Shown here: piece after piece, positions 1 through 11,246 of the stretch | Position numbering within the stretch: the stretch's first letter is position 1 | Layout of the letters: each line of letters opens with the position of its first letter | From: an uncultured Acidobacteriaceae bacterium | GTDB lineage: Bacteria > Acidobacteriota > Terriglobia > Terriglobales > Acidobacteriaceae | Assembly (NCBI GenBank): GCA_963702295.1 | Contig: CAVPCE010000087.1 | Location: 6,619 to 70,618, forward strand | DNA: 64,000 nt | Reading direction: 5' to 3' | Notes under the pieces: generated by a model | Told to the model about the DNA's origin: nothing | The model's database searches: none | What the model saw: the letters and a program-made list of their open reading frames with translations, nothing else | Program-made: the position numbers and the translations under genes

Positions 1-197
1 GCAGTCTGCTCATCACCGTCCGACGTCCACCTTACGATCCCGACTGGGTCGCCAAGGTTGTCGAAGCGCTCGACCGCCGATGGGTCGCGTCAGAACGCAT
101 GGACGCCGCAGTCCTGAGCCAAGCAGGTTGCGACTGACGGCTGGACTGAAGGCGGGCCGTACGCGCGGCTCTTCCAGGGTTCGTCAGTCACGCGTGA

Positions 198-2090
198 TTA
201 ATCGAACCGCGTTTCCGAAACGCCAGCCGCTTCGAGGACCTCACACAAGTCCGCGATTCCCTGCTGGCCGCCGCGGTAGTCGCATTGCGTGAAGATGACC
301 CGTTGGGCCGCACGCGACAGACCAACAAAGAAAGTCGCCGTTGATGCCTCGGTGTCACCCGCGTGTGACCACCACTGGTCGTCGTCGAGACCAAGGAAGA
401 ACACTGTGTGGTACTCGAGCCCCTTGCTTCGATGGATGGTCAGCAGTGGGACTGCCTCGGCGGCTTCGTACGCGTCGACGGCGCCTAGCCACGATGACTG
501 ACCCTCGCAGGCCGCTTCCAGCCGCTTGTCGAATGCCTCGTTCCGCATGGTGAGATCGCCTGCGGTGTCGACCATGTTGCGGTGCCGGCCGTCCGTCACG
601 GTGTCGACAAGCTCGTTCAGTCGACTTGATAACTCACCAACGGCCTTGGCGTCGCAGGGGTATTCGCGGAGCCACCGTCGAAGTTCCCGCACGTTTGACG
701 ACAGGTCGTCGTCCATGCGGGCCGAGTGGGCTCCGTCGTGGCTGTCGCCCAATCGGACAGTCGCGATCGTCGACGATACGTCGATCCACGTCTGCGGGTC
801 ACCACCCTGCCTGGGCACTGCGGCCCCAAGGCGCAGGATGCCAACCAGCAGCTGGCAGTAGGGGTCTTTGAGGATGTCTTGCAATTTCATCTTGCCGTAT
901 TCGGCGTCATCATTGCGAAGGTCGATACTGTGCGCGGCCAAGGCGTTGCGAAAGATGTCTTCGAACTCAGCGACCTTTTGCCGGGCGACGAGGGCGTACT
1001 GCGAAGGTGACCGGTTCGATGCAGCGGCGTCCGCGGCGATGAAGGCGGCGACGACCTCCACTTCCCGCCGCGCGTTCGCGAATGACCAGATTTTGGCCGG
1101 CTCATCGTCGATATCCGACACCGCCTTGGCGACCGCCATTTTGGTCGCCGGATCGAGGAGGCGTGCAAATTGGTACTGCAACTTAACGAGTGCCTCGGTC
1201 GAGCGATAGTTCCGCTCCAGTGCATACGGAATCGCGCGGAAGTCAGCTTCGAATTCAGCGAAGGCGTCCGAGAGGGCGCCAGCCCAACCCATGATGCGTT
1301 GCTTGCGGTCCCCGACCGCCGTGACCGTCGTCGTACTGCCGAATACCGACCGAAGGAAGGTGTACTGGGCGAAGGTCGTGTCCTGAAACTCGTCAACAAA
1401 CACAAACGGGTAGGTGGCAACAAGCGCTCGCTGAAGCCGCGGACTCGAGCTAATGATCAACTTGGCCAAACGGTTTAGCATGACGAACTCAACGTATGGG
1501 GTCTGTTTGCCCAGATAGGTGCGTTCCCACCACTTCTGCACCGCGTAGTCTTTCACCGCTGCCGGCGACGACGGCTCGGGAGCGAGTTCATACGGCCCCA
1601 GGATCGTCGACATGAACGTCTTTCGTGGGAGAGCGTCGATGGCGTATCGAAGATCATCCGGAGCCGTTGACGCCAGCTCGGTGAGAAATGCTTCGACGTC
1701 TTTGGGGTACACATAGCGAATCTCGTAGTCGCCGTACATCTTCCAGTACGGCGGCAACAGGGTGGCGAACCGGTCGACGATATGCTTCGTAAAGGCGTCG
1801 AACGTCATCGAGGCGAATCGGCCCGCCTGCTCTGGCGTGCGCTTCCGTACCCGCCGCCGAAGGTTGTACGCCGCATCACGTTTGAACGAGATCGCGAGAA
1901 TGCGTCGCGGTGCCGGGCACAGGCCCGTCTCAAGCAAGTAGCTGGCGCGTTGCGCCAGAAACTCCGTCTTGCCAGCGCCGGGCCCAGCGGTCACGCACGT
2001 CGACCGCTTGTCCCTCAGTGCCTGCCAGGCAGCGGGCTCAAGCTCGTCAATACCCCTGGGCTGCCACAGCTCCGGCGGGACCCTTTTCAT
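198..2090 (-). CDS. gajB: UvrD/Rep-family SF1 helicase, GajB-like partner of the upstream OLD nuclease
   Basis: Translation shows Walker A AGPGAGKTEF, motif II FVFVDEFQDTT and motif VI LLTIHRSKGLEYHTVFF. Start set at ATG 2090 (MKRVPPELW), which overlaps the upstream stop as ATGA (2087-2090). The 48 extra codons of the 198..2234 track ORF lie inside the upstream gene. Confidence 0.85.
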   Translation of the reverse strand: MKRVPPELWQPRGIDELEPAAWQALRDKRSTCVTAGPGAGKTEFLAQRASYLLETGLCPAPRRILAISFKRDAAYNLRRRVRKRTPEQAGRFASMTFDAFTKHIVDRFATLLPPYWKMYGDYEIRYVYPKDVEAFLTELASTAPDDLRYAIDALPRKTFMSTILGPYELAPEPSSPAAVKDYAVQKWWERTYLGKQTPYVEFVMLNRLAKLIISSSPRLQRALVATYPFVFVDEFQDTTFAQYTFLRSVFGSTTTVTAVGDRKQRIMGWAGALSDAFAEFEADFRAIPYALERNYRSTEALVKLQYQFARLLDPATKMAVAKAVSDIDDEPAKIWSFANARREVEVVAAFIAADAAASNRSPSQYALVARQKVAEFEDIFRNALAAHSIDLRNDDAEYGKMKLQDILKDPYCQLLVGILRLGAAVPRQGGDPQTWIDVSSTIATVRLGDSHDGAHSARMDDDLSSNVRELRRWLREYPCDAKAVGELSSRLNELVDTVTDGRHRNMVDTAGDLTMRNEAFDKRLEAACEGQSSWLGAVDAYEAAEAVPLLTIHRSKGLEYHTVFFLGLDDDQWWSHAGDTEASTATFFVGLSRAAQRVIFTQCDYRGGQQGIADLCEVLEAAGVSETRFD

Positions 2091-4039
2091 GGCAGGGTGA
2101 GAGCGTCTTTGATGGCGTCGATAAGTTGAGCAAGCGCTCGTGGCGGTGCAGCAAGCTTGTCGACCGGTACGGTTGTCAACGCGCGCAGATGCGTCGCGGG
2201 TTTGGAGCGGTTCGAAAATAGGTACCGGTACCACGACAGGAAGGGCTTCCTTTCCGGCGTTGTCCAGTATGCAATCGATGGTGGTTTACTACCAAGAACC
2301 GCTGGCGCTGGATCGGATTCGAGGTCGGGACCCGTCGCTCTCTCATCCAAATTCTTGGTGTAGTAGTCGAAATACTTATCCAGCAGCGACATATCGAGGT
2401 CAAGGGGCGTCGAGAAGAAGACGTCCCAGGTACGGAGATACTCGATCCATTTCTTGATCTCCTCGGTGCTGATTTCTTCATGAAGGTCATCGAGCGTCTC
2501 GTAGCCGTCGATGTCAGCGAAGGGATCTGCGCCGAAGTCTTGCAGTTGTTGACATACCGTCTTGATTCTGCCGATACCGCCGCCGTTGCGCCCCCAGTCG
2601 AGATCGAGCAGAGTTGCGTGGGGTATCTGCAGGCTCCTCACAAGACGCCAGAAGTAGTTAGTGTGTCGGCCGCCCAGCGGCACGATGGCGACGAACGACC
2701 GGTCGATCGGCAATCCCTTGGCTTGAGCGATCAGCGGAATAACGAGCTCCTCCGAATCACCTTCGCACAGAACAACATAGCGCGCAAAATAGAGCTCTGG
2801 GTGGGCCCGCACCGCCTGGCGGACATATTTGCCAGCTTCGGTGGCGCCCTCCGGCAACGCGATCTGCGAGATGCTGCTTGTGCCCTGCGCGAGGTCGAGT
2901 CGCAGGTAGCGAACCTGGTCCGGCTCGACACGGGCCAACGCGCTCGCCGAGTGACTCGACAGTATGGATTGCGTCCGCGATGCGCTGGTCAATTCCATCA
3001 GCTGCGACACAACGCGGGACAGGAAGAACGGCGACAGGTGGTTCTCTGGTTCCTCGATCGCGAGCGTGGTCAGCGACGGCAGGCTGGAGGCTTCGATTTC
3101 GAACTCATCGGCGCGCTTCCCAGCGATGAGATCGTTTTCAAGGTCAATCGCCGCAGCCGTGAGCGCCAAATGCAGAAGCGACCGTTGGCCGTCACTGAGC
3201 GCGGTGGCCGTGGTCCTGCGGCCGGTGTGTGTCGGCTCGAACAGTAACTCCGCGTTGCGGAAGATCTCGCCGACGTCGTGTTGTAATGGCGCGAGGGTGG
3301 GGACCGCTTCGGTGCCGGCGTGATGCAGTTGCTGCCACCGCGCGCTGAGCGCCTTCTCCACCGCCGAAACGACAGATTCTGCCTGAAACTTCTCGACAAG
3401 TTCGTCTGCCGTTTTGACCAGGTGGTCCTGCAGTTCGGAGGACCAACGGCTTGCGCGCCACAGTCGTCCGCGCAGAAACGTTGTGACGTGTCGAGCACCG
3501 TCTCGAGATGCTGGTAGGTAGATCACCTGAATGCGGTTGCGATCGCGGGGCTGTAGCACCGACCACTTCTCACCGTAGTCGGCGTCGAAGGTATGGACCA
3601 CGCGCCGCGCATCCTCGATGTAGCCGTCGACCGAGCCGTCGTCGGTCCATGTCGCCTCGAGTACGAAGCGGCATTTGAGGTGACCATCCTCCGTTGCCGC
3701 CATTTGGTGGAAAAACTCCGGGACGCTGTCACTGGCGGCCAGTGACTCAGGGTCCTTCTCGTCGGCGTTGTCCAATTCGGGAAACGCCAGAATCACGTCG
3801 ACCGTCAGCGATCGAGTCGATGGGGGCTCCTCTTCCCCGGCGGGCACGTGGAAGTCGTCGATGCGTACAAGGCGCTGATCCTGTGTGACGCCGAACATCC
3901 GGAGTAGTGCCTGGCAGACAGCTGTTTTTCCAGATCCGTTGCCGCCGATGAGCGCCGTCAGTTGTGGGTCCAGATCGATGTGGGTCGGCTGAGGTCCGAA
4001 ACAGCGAAAATTGTTCAGTGTGACGCGTTCAATGAACAT
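2087..4039 (-). CDS. gajA: OLD-family ATP-dependent endonuclease (ABC-type ATPase plus C-terminal TOPRIM), GajA-like
   Basis: MFIERVTLNNFRCFGP...LIGGNGSGKTA (Walker A), LSDGQRSLLHLAL (signature-like), LAIEEPENHLSP (Walker B). TOPRIM-like VVLCEGDSEELVIP ... LLDLDWG follows. Start taken at ATG 4039, 7 codons inside the track ORF. Confidence 0.85.
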   Translation of the reverse strand: MFIERVTLNNFRCFGPQPTHIDLDPQLTALIGGNGSGKTAVCQALLRMFGVTQDQRLVRIDDFHVPAGEEEPPSTRSLTVDVILAFPELDNADEKDPESLAASDSVPEFFHQMAATEDGHLKCRFVLEATWTDDGSVDGYIEDARRVVHTFDADYGEKWSVLQPRDRNRIQVIYLPASRDGARHVTTFLRGRLWRASRWSSELQDHLVKTADELVEKFQAESVVSAVEKALSARWQQLHHAGTEAVPTLAPLQHDVGEIFRNAELLFEPTHTGRRTTATALSDGQRSLLHLALTAAAIDLENDLIAGKRADEFEIEASSLPSLTTLAIEEPENHLSPFFLSRVVSQLMELTSASRTQSILSSHSASALARVEPDQVRYLRLDLAQGTSSISQIALPEGATEAGKYVRQAVRAHPELYFARYVVLCEGDSEELVIPLIAQAKGLPIDRSFVAIVPLGGRHTNYFWRLVRSLQIPHATLLDLDWGRNGGGIGRIKTVCQQLQDFGADPFADIDGYETLDDLHEEISTEEIKKWIEYLRTWDVFFSTPLDLDMSLLDKYFDYYTKNLDERATGPDLESDPAPAVLGSKPPSIAYWTTPERKPFLSWYRYLFSNRSKPATHLRALTTVPVDKLAAPPRALAQLIDAIKDALTLP

Positions 4040-4419
4040 TGAAGGGGCTCCCCCGAGCATGCACAGGATGCGTCGTCAACACCATAGGCGTCAGGCTGGC
4101 CGGGCCGAGGCAATATTTGCCCACTCGGCGTGCCGCGTTCGGCGAACTCGCGTTCTCTCGATGGTCCAGCCGGGGTGCTCCCCGGTAGTGCACGCCTGAC
4201 GACAAGACATCAGGGTTGCAAAGGAAATACTTACCCAGGCGGTCCACGGTGGGACGCGGGCATCGACGGTGCGGATAAAACGCAGAGTCTGCGAGGATCC
4301 AGGTAACCTGCGTTCTCTCGCGAGCCTCTGTCGTACGAGGCAGCGTGCCACCGCGATACGACTTCTCTGGAGATGGGAGTTGTTGCGCCGACCGCTTGGC
4401 CTTGCCATAAAACGCCATG

Positions 4420-4794
4420 TCAGGCGTTGGTCTCTCGTCGGTTCTGGCCTGCACTCTCCGTACTCTCCGTACTCTCCGTTGCGTGCTGGCTCTGACGCTC
4501 CAACTCGCGCCAGTTCGGCACGAGGGCAGTCATCATCGCCTTGAATTGCTTGCCGTGGCCGCGGTACTTGAGGTGCAGGAGCTCGTGGACGATGACGTAG
4601 TCCTGAAAGTCCTCATCCTCTGTAGAGAGGTCCTCGGCCAAGGTGACAACGCCATCGGGCGCGCACGAGCCCCACTTGCCTGGTAGCCGCCTGATCCGGA
4701 CCTGCTCGGGGTTGACCTTAAGCCTGACCGCCCAGGCCATAGCGCGGCGACGGAGCTGCTGCTCGGGATAAAGCGAAGAGCGACCCATTCTCAC
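4420..4794 (-). CDS. short DUF45/YgjP-like HExxH metal-dependent hydrolase (commonly linked to type I R-M)
   Basis: GKWGSC...[19 protein letters not shown]...VPNWRE matches the YgjP/DUF45 core. The start (GTG 4794 or ATG 4788) overlaps the hsdR stop at 4791-4793. The C-terminal TESTESTES is encoded by a 3 x 9-bp tandem repeat ACTCTCCGT at 4453-4479. Confidence 0.7.
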   Translation of the reverse strand: MRMGRSSLYPEQQLRRRAMAWAVRLKVNPEQVRIRRLPGKWGSCAPDGVVTLAEDLSTEDEDFQDYVIVHELLHLKYRGHGKQFKAMMTALVPNWRELERQSQHATESTESTESAGQNRRETNA

Positions 4795-7728
4795 CCAGCC
4801 TGCTCCAGGACCTGCATGATCCGCTCGATGACGGCCGCGCGGTCATCCTTGCCGAGCGCCAGGAGCGGCTTGTAGAGGCCTGCACGCAGGCGACGCTTCT
4901 CGTCGGGGTTCTCCCGCCAGCTCGGGAACTTGGCAAGCACCGTCTCAATCTCACGCGAGGCGGCCATCCCGTCGAATGACGCTGCCTTTGCTCCGCCGTC
5001 CTGGCTGATCACCCAGTAGATGGCGAAGCCGAGGTCGCTGAGGCCACTCTCCTTAGCCGTCTTCTTGGCTTCAGCCTTCTCCTTGACCAACGTCTCGAGC
5101 TCGACCATGGCAGCGATGCCGTTGATCTTGCGGTCTTCGAGGTTTTGCATGACCCGGTCAGCCCGGTCCTTGATGTTCTGCAGCACCACAGCACCGGCCG
5201 GGTCCTCGTCCATCTCCTTCCTGAGCCCACGGAGCAAGTTGTAGACCTTGCCCTCGTCCGGACCCTCTTCGCCCTTGAGCTGCTCCAGCGTCTCAACGTC
5301 GAAGTCGACGACCTTGGAGAAACGGCCCAGGCCCTCCTGAGTGGCGCTGTCCTCAATGAGCTTGCGCGTCTTGTGCTCCAAGTCGCCGAGGAAGCTCCCG
5401 GACTCGGTGTAGTTGGCACGCACGGCGGCGTAGAGCTTGGACAGGTTCTTGTACGTCTGGATGTGATCGCGCAGGCCGGGATCCGGCGACAGGATCTCCC
5501 AGAGCGCCTCGATGTCCTTGTACGTCTCATAGAAGACCTTGCGCGCAGCGGGGTCGATGAACCGACCGAAGACCGCGGCCTCAAGCTGAGCATCGGGAGT
5601 CTTCGAGCCATCGGCCTGGAGGTACTCGGCGGCCGCCGCGGTGATCTTCTGGTGCACGTCGACCATGAGGATGTCGAGATCCTCCAGCGCACCCTTAACG
5701 GCGTCCGCGTCGAAGGTCAGCGCCTTCTTCATGTCTTCGAGGACGCCAACGAAGTCCACAACCAGACCGACCTTCTTGCTGACGTTCTCGCTGTCGATGT
5801 ACGGCCGGTTGACCCGAGCCAGCGACTGGAGCAGCACATGGTTACGCATCGGCTTATCCAGGTACATGGCGTAGAGCACCGGAGCGTCATAGCCGGTGAG
5901 TAGCTTGTCGGTGACGATCAGGATCTTCGGCTCCTGGTCGGCCTTCTTGAAGAGCTTGCGGACCTCCTCCTCGCGCGTCTCGGAGATTTGGAGCTCGGCC
6001 ACGGCCGGCCGGTCGACGATGTCGTTGACGTTCTTCGAATAGACGACCTCCGACCACTCTGGCGGCAGGTACTTGTCGAGCGCCAGCTTGTACTTGGCGC
6101 AGGTCGCGCGGTCGACGGCCACCACGAATGCCTTGTAGCCCAGCGGCAGGACGTTCTCTTTGAAGTGTTCGGAGACAAACTTGGCGACCTGGTCGACGCG
6201 GTCCGCTGCCCCGAGGAATGCCCGTAGGGTGACGGCCCGCTCAAGCACACGGTTGAGCTCTTCGACGTCGGTGACGTCCTCTTCGCCGGCCAGGGCATAG
6301 AACTGCTCTTCGAGATCCTTGGCCGGCAGACGCATGCTCGACGGGGCGAGCTTGTATCGGATCGGGAGAGTCGTCTCGTCCTCGATCGACTCGATGATCG
6401 AGTACTTGTCGAGGAAGCCGTCTTCGTCGTCCCGACCAAAGATCTTGAACGAGCCGGAGCCTGCCTTGGAGTCGCCGACAGGCGTGCCCGTGAAGCCGAT
6501 GAGCGTGGCGTTGGGGACGGCAGCCATGAGGTAGGTCCCGAGGTCGACCGCGACCGAGCGGTGCGCCTCGTCGATGAAGACGTAGATGTTGTCCCGTAAG
6601 GAGCTGTTAGCTCCTGATCTCTTCGAACTTGTGGATCATCGAGACGATCAGGCCGCGCCGATCAGAGTCGAAGATGTCCTGAAGGCCGGCCTTGCTCTCG
6701 GCTCGCTCGACGTGGATGTCGGCGGCCTGCATCTCACCCAGCAGGCGGTCCACCCAACCCTTGAGCTGCCCCTCCAGCTCGTTGCGGTCAACGACCAGGA
6801 TGACTGTGGCGTTGTTAAAGCGCGCCTTGTCCTCGAGGATCTGCCGGGCAGCGGTCAGCAGCGTGAAGGTCTTGCCCGATCCCTGGGTATGCCAGATGAG
6901 ACCCCGGTTCTTTTCGGAATCGGCGCAGCGCGCGACGATCTTGTCGATGGCCTTGCGCTGGTGCTCGCGCAGGACCGACTTCCTCGTCTCGGAGTCTTCG
7001 ACATAGAAGAGGATCCAGTCCTTGAGCGTGCGCAGAAAGGCGTGCGGCTCGAAGAACGCCTCGACGGCGCTCTTGTAGCTCTCGTCTTGGGCGTACTTCC
7101 ATTTGAAGATGAAGCGCCGAGAGACGTTCCAGGTGACGCCGTACCAGTACCCCAGCATGTGGGTGACGTTGTAGAGCTGGGTCTGCGCGAGAAGCTCAGG
7201 CGTCTCCTGCTGGTAGCGGCGGAGCTGCGTGATGCCGCGCGTCAGGGCGTCGCCAGACGTCGGGTTCTTGTGCTCGACGATGGTCACCGGCAGGCCGTTG
7301 ACCAGGAAGATGACGTCGGCGCGGTTGCCCTTTCGGGCTACCGGCTCGATCTTCCACTCCCAGGTGACCTGGAGCTCGTTGTTGTCCGGGTCCTCGAAGT
7401 CGATGAGCTGGACGGTACGGCTGAGCTTTTCGTTCTCGTCGTACCACTTGTGCTCGCCGCGCATCCAGCGCAGGACTTCCCAGTTGCCCTCGATGGTCGC
7501 AGGCAGCGCCTCGATGGTCTCGACAATGGCTCGCGCCTGGTCAGGCGTCAGCCACGAGTTGAAGTCACGCAGCTTGTCCTCAAGCACAGAAGTGAACAGC
7601 ATGTTCTCGCGCCCGTGCCGCAGTACCTCAGCATCAACAGGCTCAACGATGTCCCAGCCGACCCCATGCGCATGGGCGACCATGGGGAACTGTGCCGTAC
7701 GCGCCTCGCTGATCTTGAGCGTGGTCAT
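4791..7728 (-). pseudogene. hsdR: type I restriction enzyme R subunit (HsdR), one frame change as assembled
   Basis: The N-terminal piece 6607..7728 carries motif I ([16 protein letters not shown]). The C-terminal piece (4791..6527, open further upstream in that frame) reads [13 protein letters not shown] (DEAH box), TLIGFTGTP and the helicase-C and C-terminal regions. The two are contiguous fragments of one HsdR, with the frame shifting by 1 nt near 6,600. ATG 7728 overlaps the hsdS stop (ATGA). Confidence 0.85.
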
Positions 7729-8938
7729 GCGGTCACCATTTCCAGCGACTCGTCCGCGACCGAGAGGGCGGTGAGGTCAAGATCGTCGAGGCTGAGCTCC
7801 TCGGACACCATCTGACGGGTCATTGCGTGATGCAGTTCCTCGAGGACACCTAGACGCTTGTGGTGCAAGTTGATCTTCTGGTCGATGGTCTCGAAGAGAC
7901 TAACAATTTCCTCCTGCTCCTCGCGGCTCGGCGGAAGCGGGAGCGGCAAGCCCTCGATTGTGCTGGTGTTGAGGTTGTACTTGCCGTCGGCGGCCGGCGT
8001 CGCCCTGCCGGCAATCAGGGCGGTCCCCGCGGGCGAGCCATAGAAGTAGGCAACGTAGCGCGGATCGACAGCTGGCTTTAGACGAGCCCGGATCAGGTAG
8101 GACGCGAAGAGCGCCCCGCGCGGTTCCTGCTCGTACACCGCGCAGGCACCGAGGCGCTCAAGCACGCCGTTAGTGCGGATGAAGAGCAAGTCACCCGGCT
8201 CAAGGAGGTAGCGCGCTGCGCTGGTCTCCGACAGGTCGGCGTACTTCAAGTCAGCCGGATTGACGTGGCCCGGCTGAATGTTCGGGATGCGCAGAACCGG
8301 ATAGCGGCGCTCCTCAACGGTGCAGTGAATAGACGTCCCGTACTGCAGCCACTCGCGAACCTCGGCGAAGTCGACGACTGACCAGCTCTTAGGCAGCGGT
8401 CCGAGAGCCGTTTCCGTGACCGTCTCGCCACGCAGTCCCCGAGCGAAGAGCTCGCCGGCGGCAGCACGGAGCAGCTCCTCGGCGTTAGCCAGGGCCAGAC
8501 GCTCAAGCTCAATGGCGTCCGACACGCAATCAAGCACCCGTGCGATCTGGTCTTGAATGCCGCGAGGCGGCATCCGAACAGCGATCGAGTAGACGTCGTT
8601 GCGGTTCAGGCCTGGGACAGCGCTGTGGCTGTTGAGGCCAGTGAGACCACAACTGCTCAGCAGGTAGTAGAGGTACCGCCAGTTGTGGTCGCCTTTGTCG
8701 ACTACGTAGTAGGTCGTGTCGATCGGCCAGAACGCCTCCGCCGAGAAAGCAAGAGCGCCAACCGAACCCTTCCGTCCGACCACGACGCCGGGGCCATCGA
8801 GGAGGGACTCGTCATGTACGCCGACAAGTCCGTTTGAACCGAACACGCCGTACTTGCCGCGCCGACGCGAGTGAGCCGGAAGCGCCTTACCGTACGCCAG
8901 CTCGATCTCATCGCCAAGCACCGTGTCGCGCCAGGCAC

Positions 8939-8942
<4 letters not shown>
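7725..8942 (-). CDS. hsdS: type I restriction-modification specificity subunit (HsdS)
   Basis: 405 aa with two target-recognition-domain halves and typical HsdS N-terminal strings ([36 protein letters not shown]). GTG start 8942 overlaps the hsdM stop (GTGA); its own stop overlaps the hsdR ATG. Confidence 0.85.
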
Positions 8943-10753
<1,811 letters not shown>

Positions 10754-10764
10754 CATTACAGATG

Positions 10765-10805
10765 TCACGTTTGCTATTTTTGTTATATCGCAAAATGTTG
10801 TCAAG
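10765..10805 (-). promoter_or_regulatory. candidate promoter/operator of the hsdM-hsdS-hsdR operon
   Basis: This is the only AT-rich tract in this GC-rich block. On the minus strand it reads CTTGACAACATTTTGCGATATAACAAAAATAGCAAACG, with TTGACA at 10799-10804 and an imperfect inverted repeat TTGCGA-N11-TAGCAA. The -10 assignment is ambiguous. Confidence 0.3.
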
Positions 10806-11246
10806 CCCCCACGCCGAACCTCTCGAAACGGCGTGGTGAACCCGCCTGGATAGCAGTAAAGAAAGTCCTCACCGCCGAGGTCAGACATCGTTTTCAGGAG
10901 TCGGTCGTGACCTGATCTGCGGGAGCGAGGGCGACTCGACGGCTGCGCTTGCTGGCACCATGCGCACGGTCATCGCTGCCCGTTGTCCGGACGGCGGAAG
11001 TTCTCCCACGGCTCACTGGTGGGCTGGTCTCGGTGGCGGGCGGCGGACGCAGGGCGCAGTGCAGCGACCGGCGCGTACGGGAGCGCTAGCGGACGGAAGC
11101 AGAGGGAGCGCAGCGGAGCCCGGAGGTAGCCGCCCGCAGGGCAGGCACGATCAGCTCGGGTGGGCGGTGAGCTGTTGGAGCGGCGCTGCGATGGCCGAGG
11201 CGGCGGGCACGCGGCGGCCATGTCGGGGGATCGCGAGAGTGAGCAT

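Noticed and set aside
1-137. Possible 3' end of a plus-strand CDS at the left edge (frame 3, ...LLITVRRPPYDPDWVAKVVEALDRRWVASERMDAAVLSQAGCD*).
   Set aside because: It looks protein-like, but it is only 45 codons with no recognisable motif, which is too little evidence to report as a feature.
4029-4454. Track ORFs 4029..4454(-) and 4091..4408(-) as a third gene between DUF45 and gajA.
   Set aside because: Their composition is Arg-rich and low-complexity, they have no motifs, and they overlap each other. The region is better explained as a promoter/regulatory gap.
11150-11246. A 32-codon ORF (MLTLAIPRHGRRVPAASAIAAPLQQLTAHPS) starting directly after the XRE regulator stop (TAAATG).
   Set aside because: It is very short, has no RBS or motif, and its GC-rich composition makes such ORFs frequent by chance.
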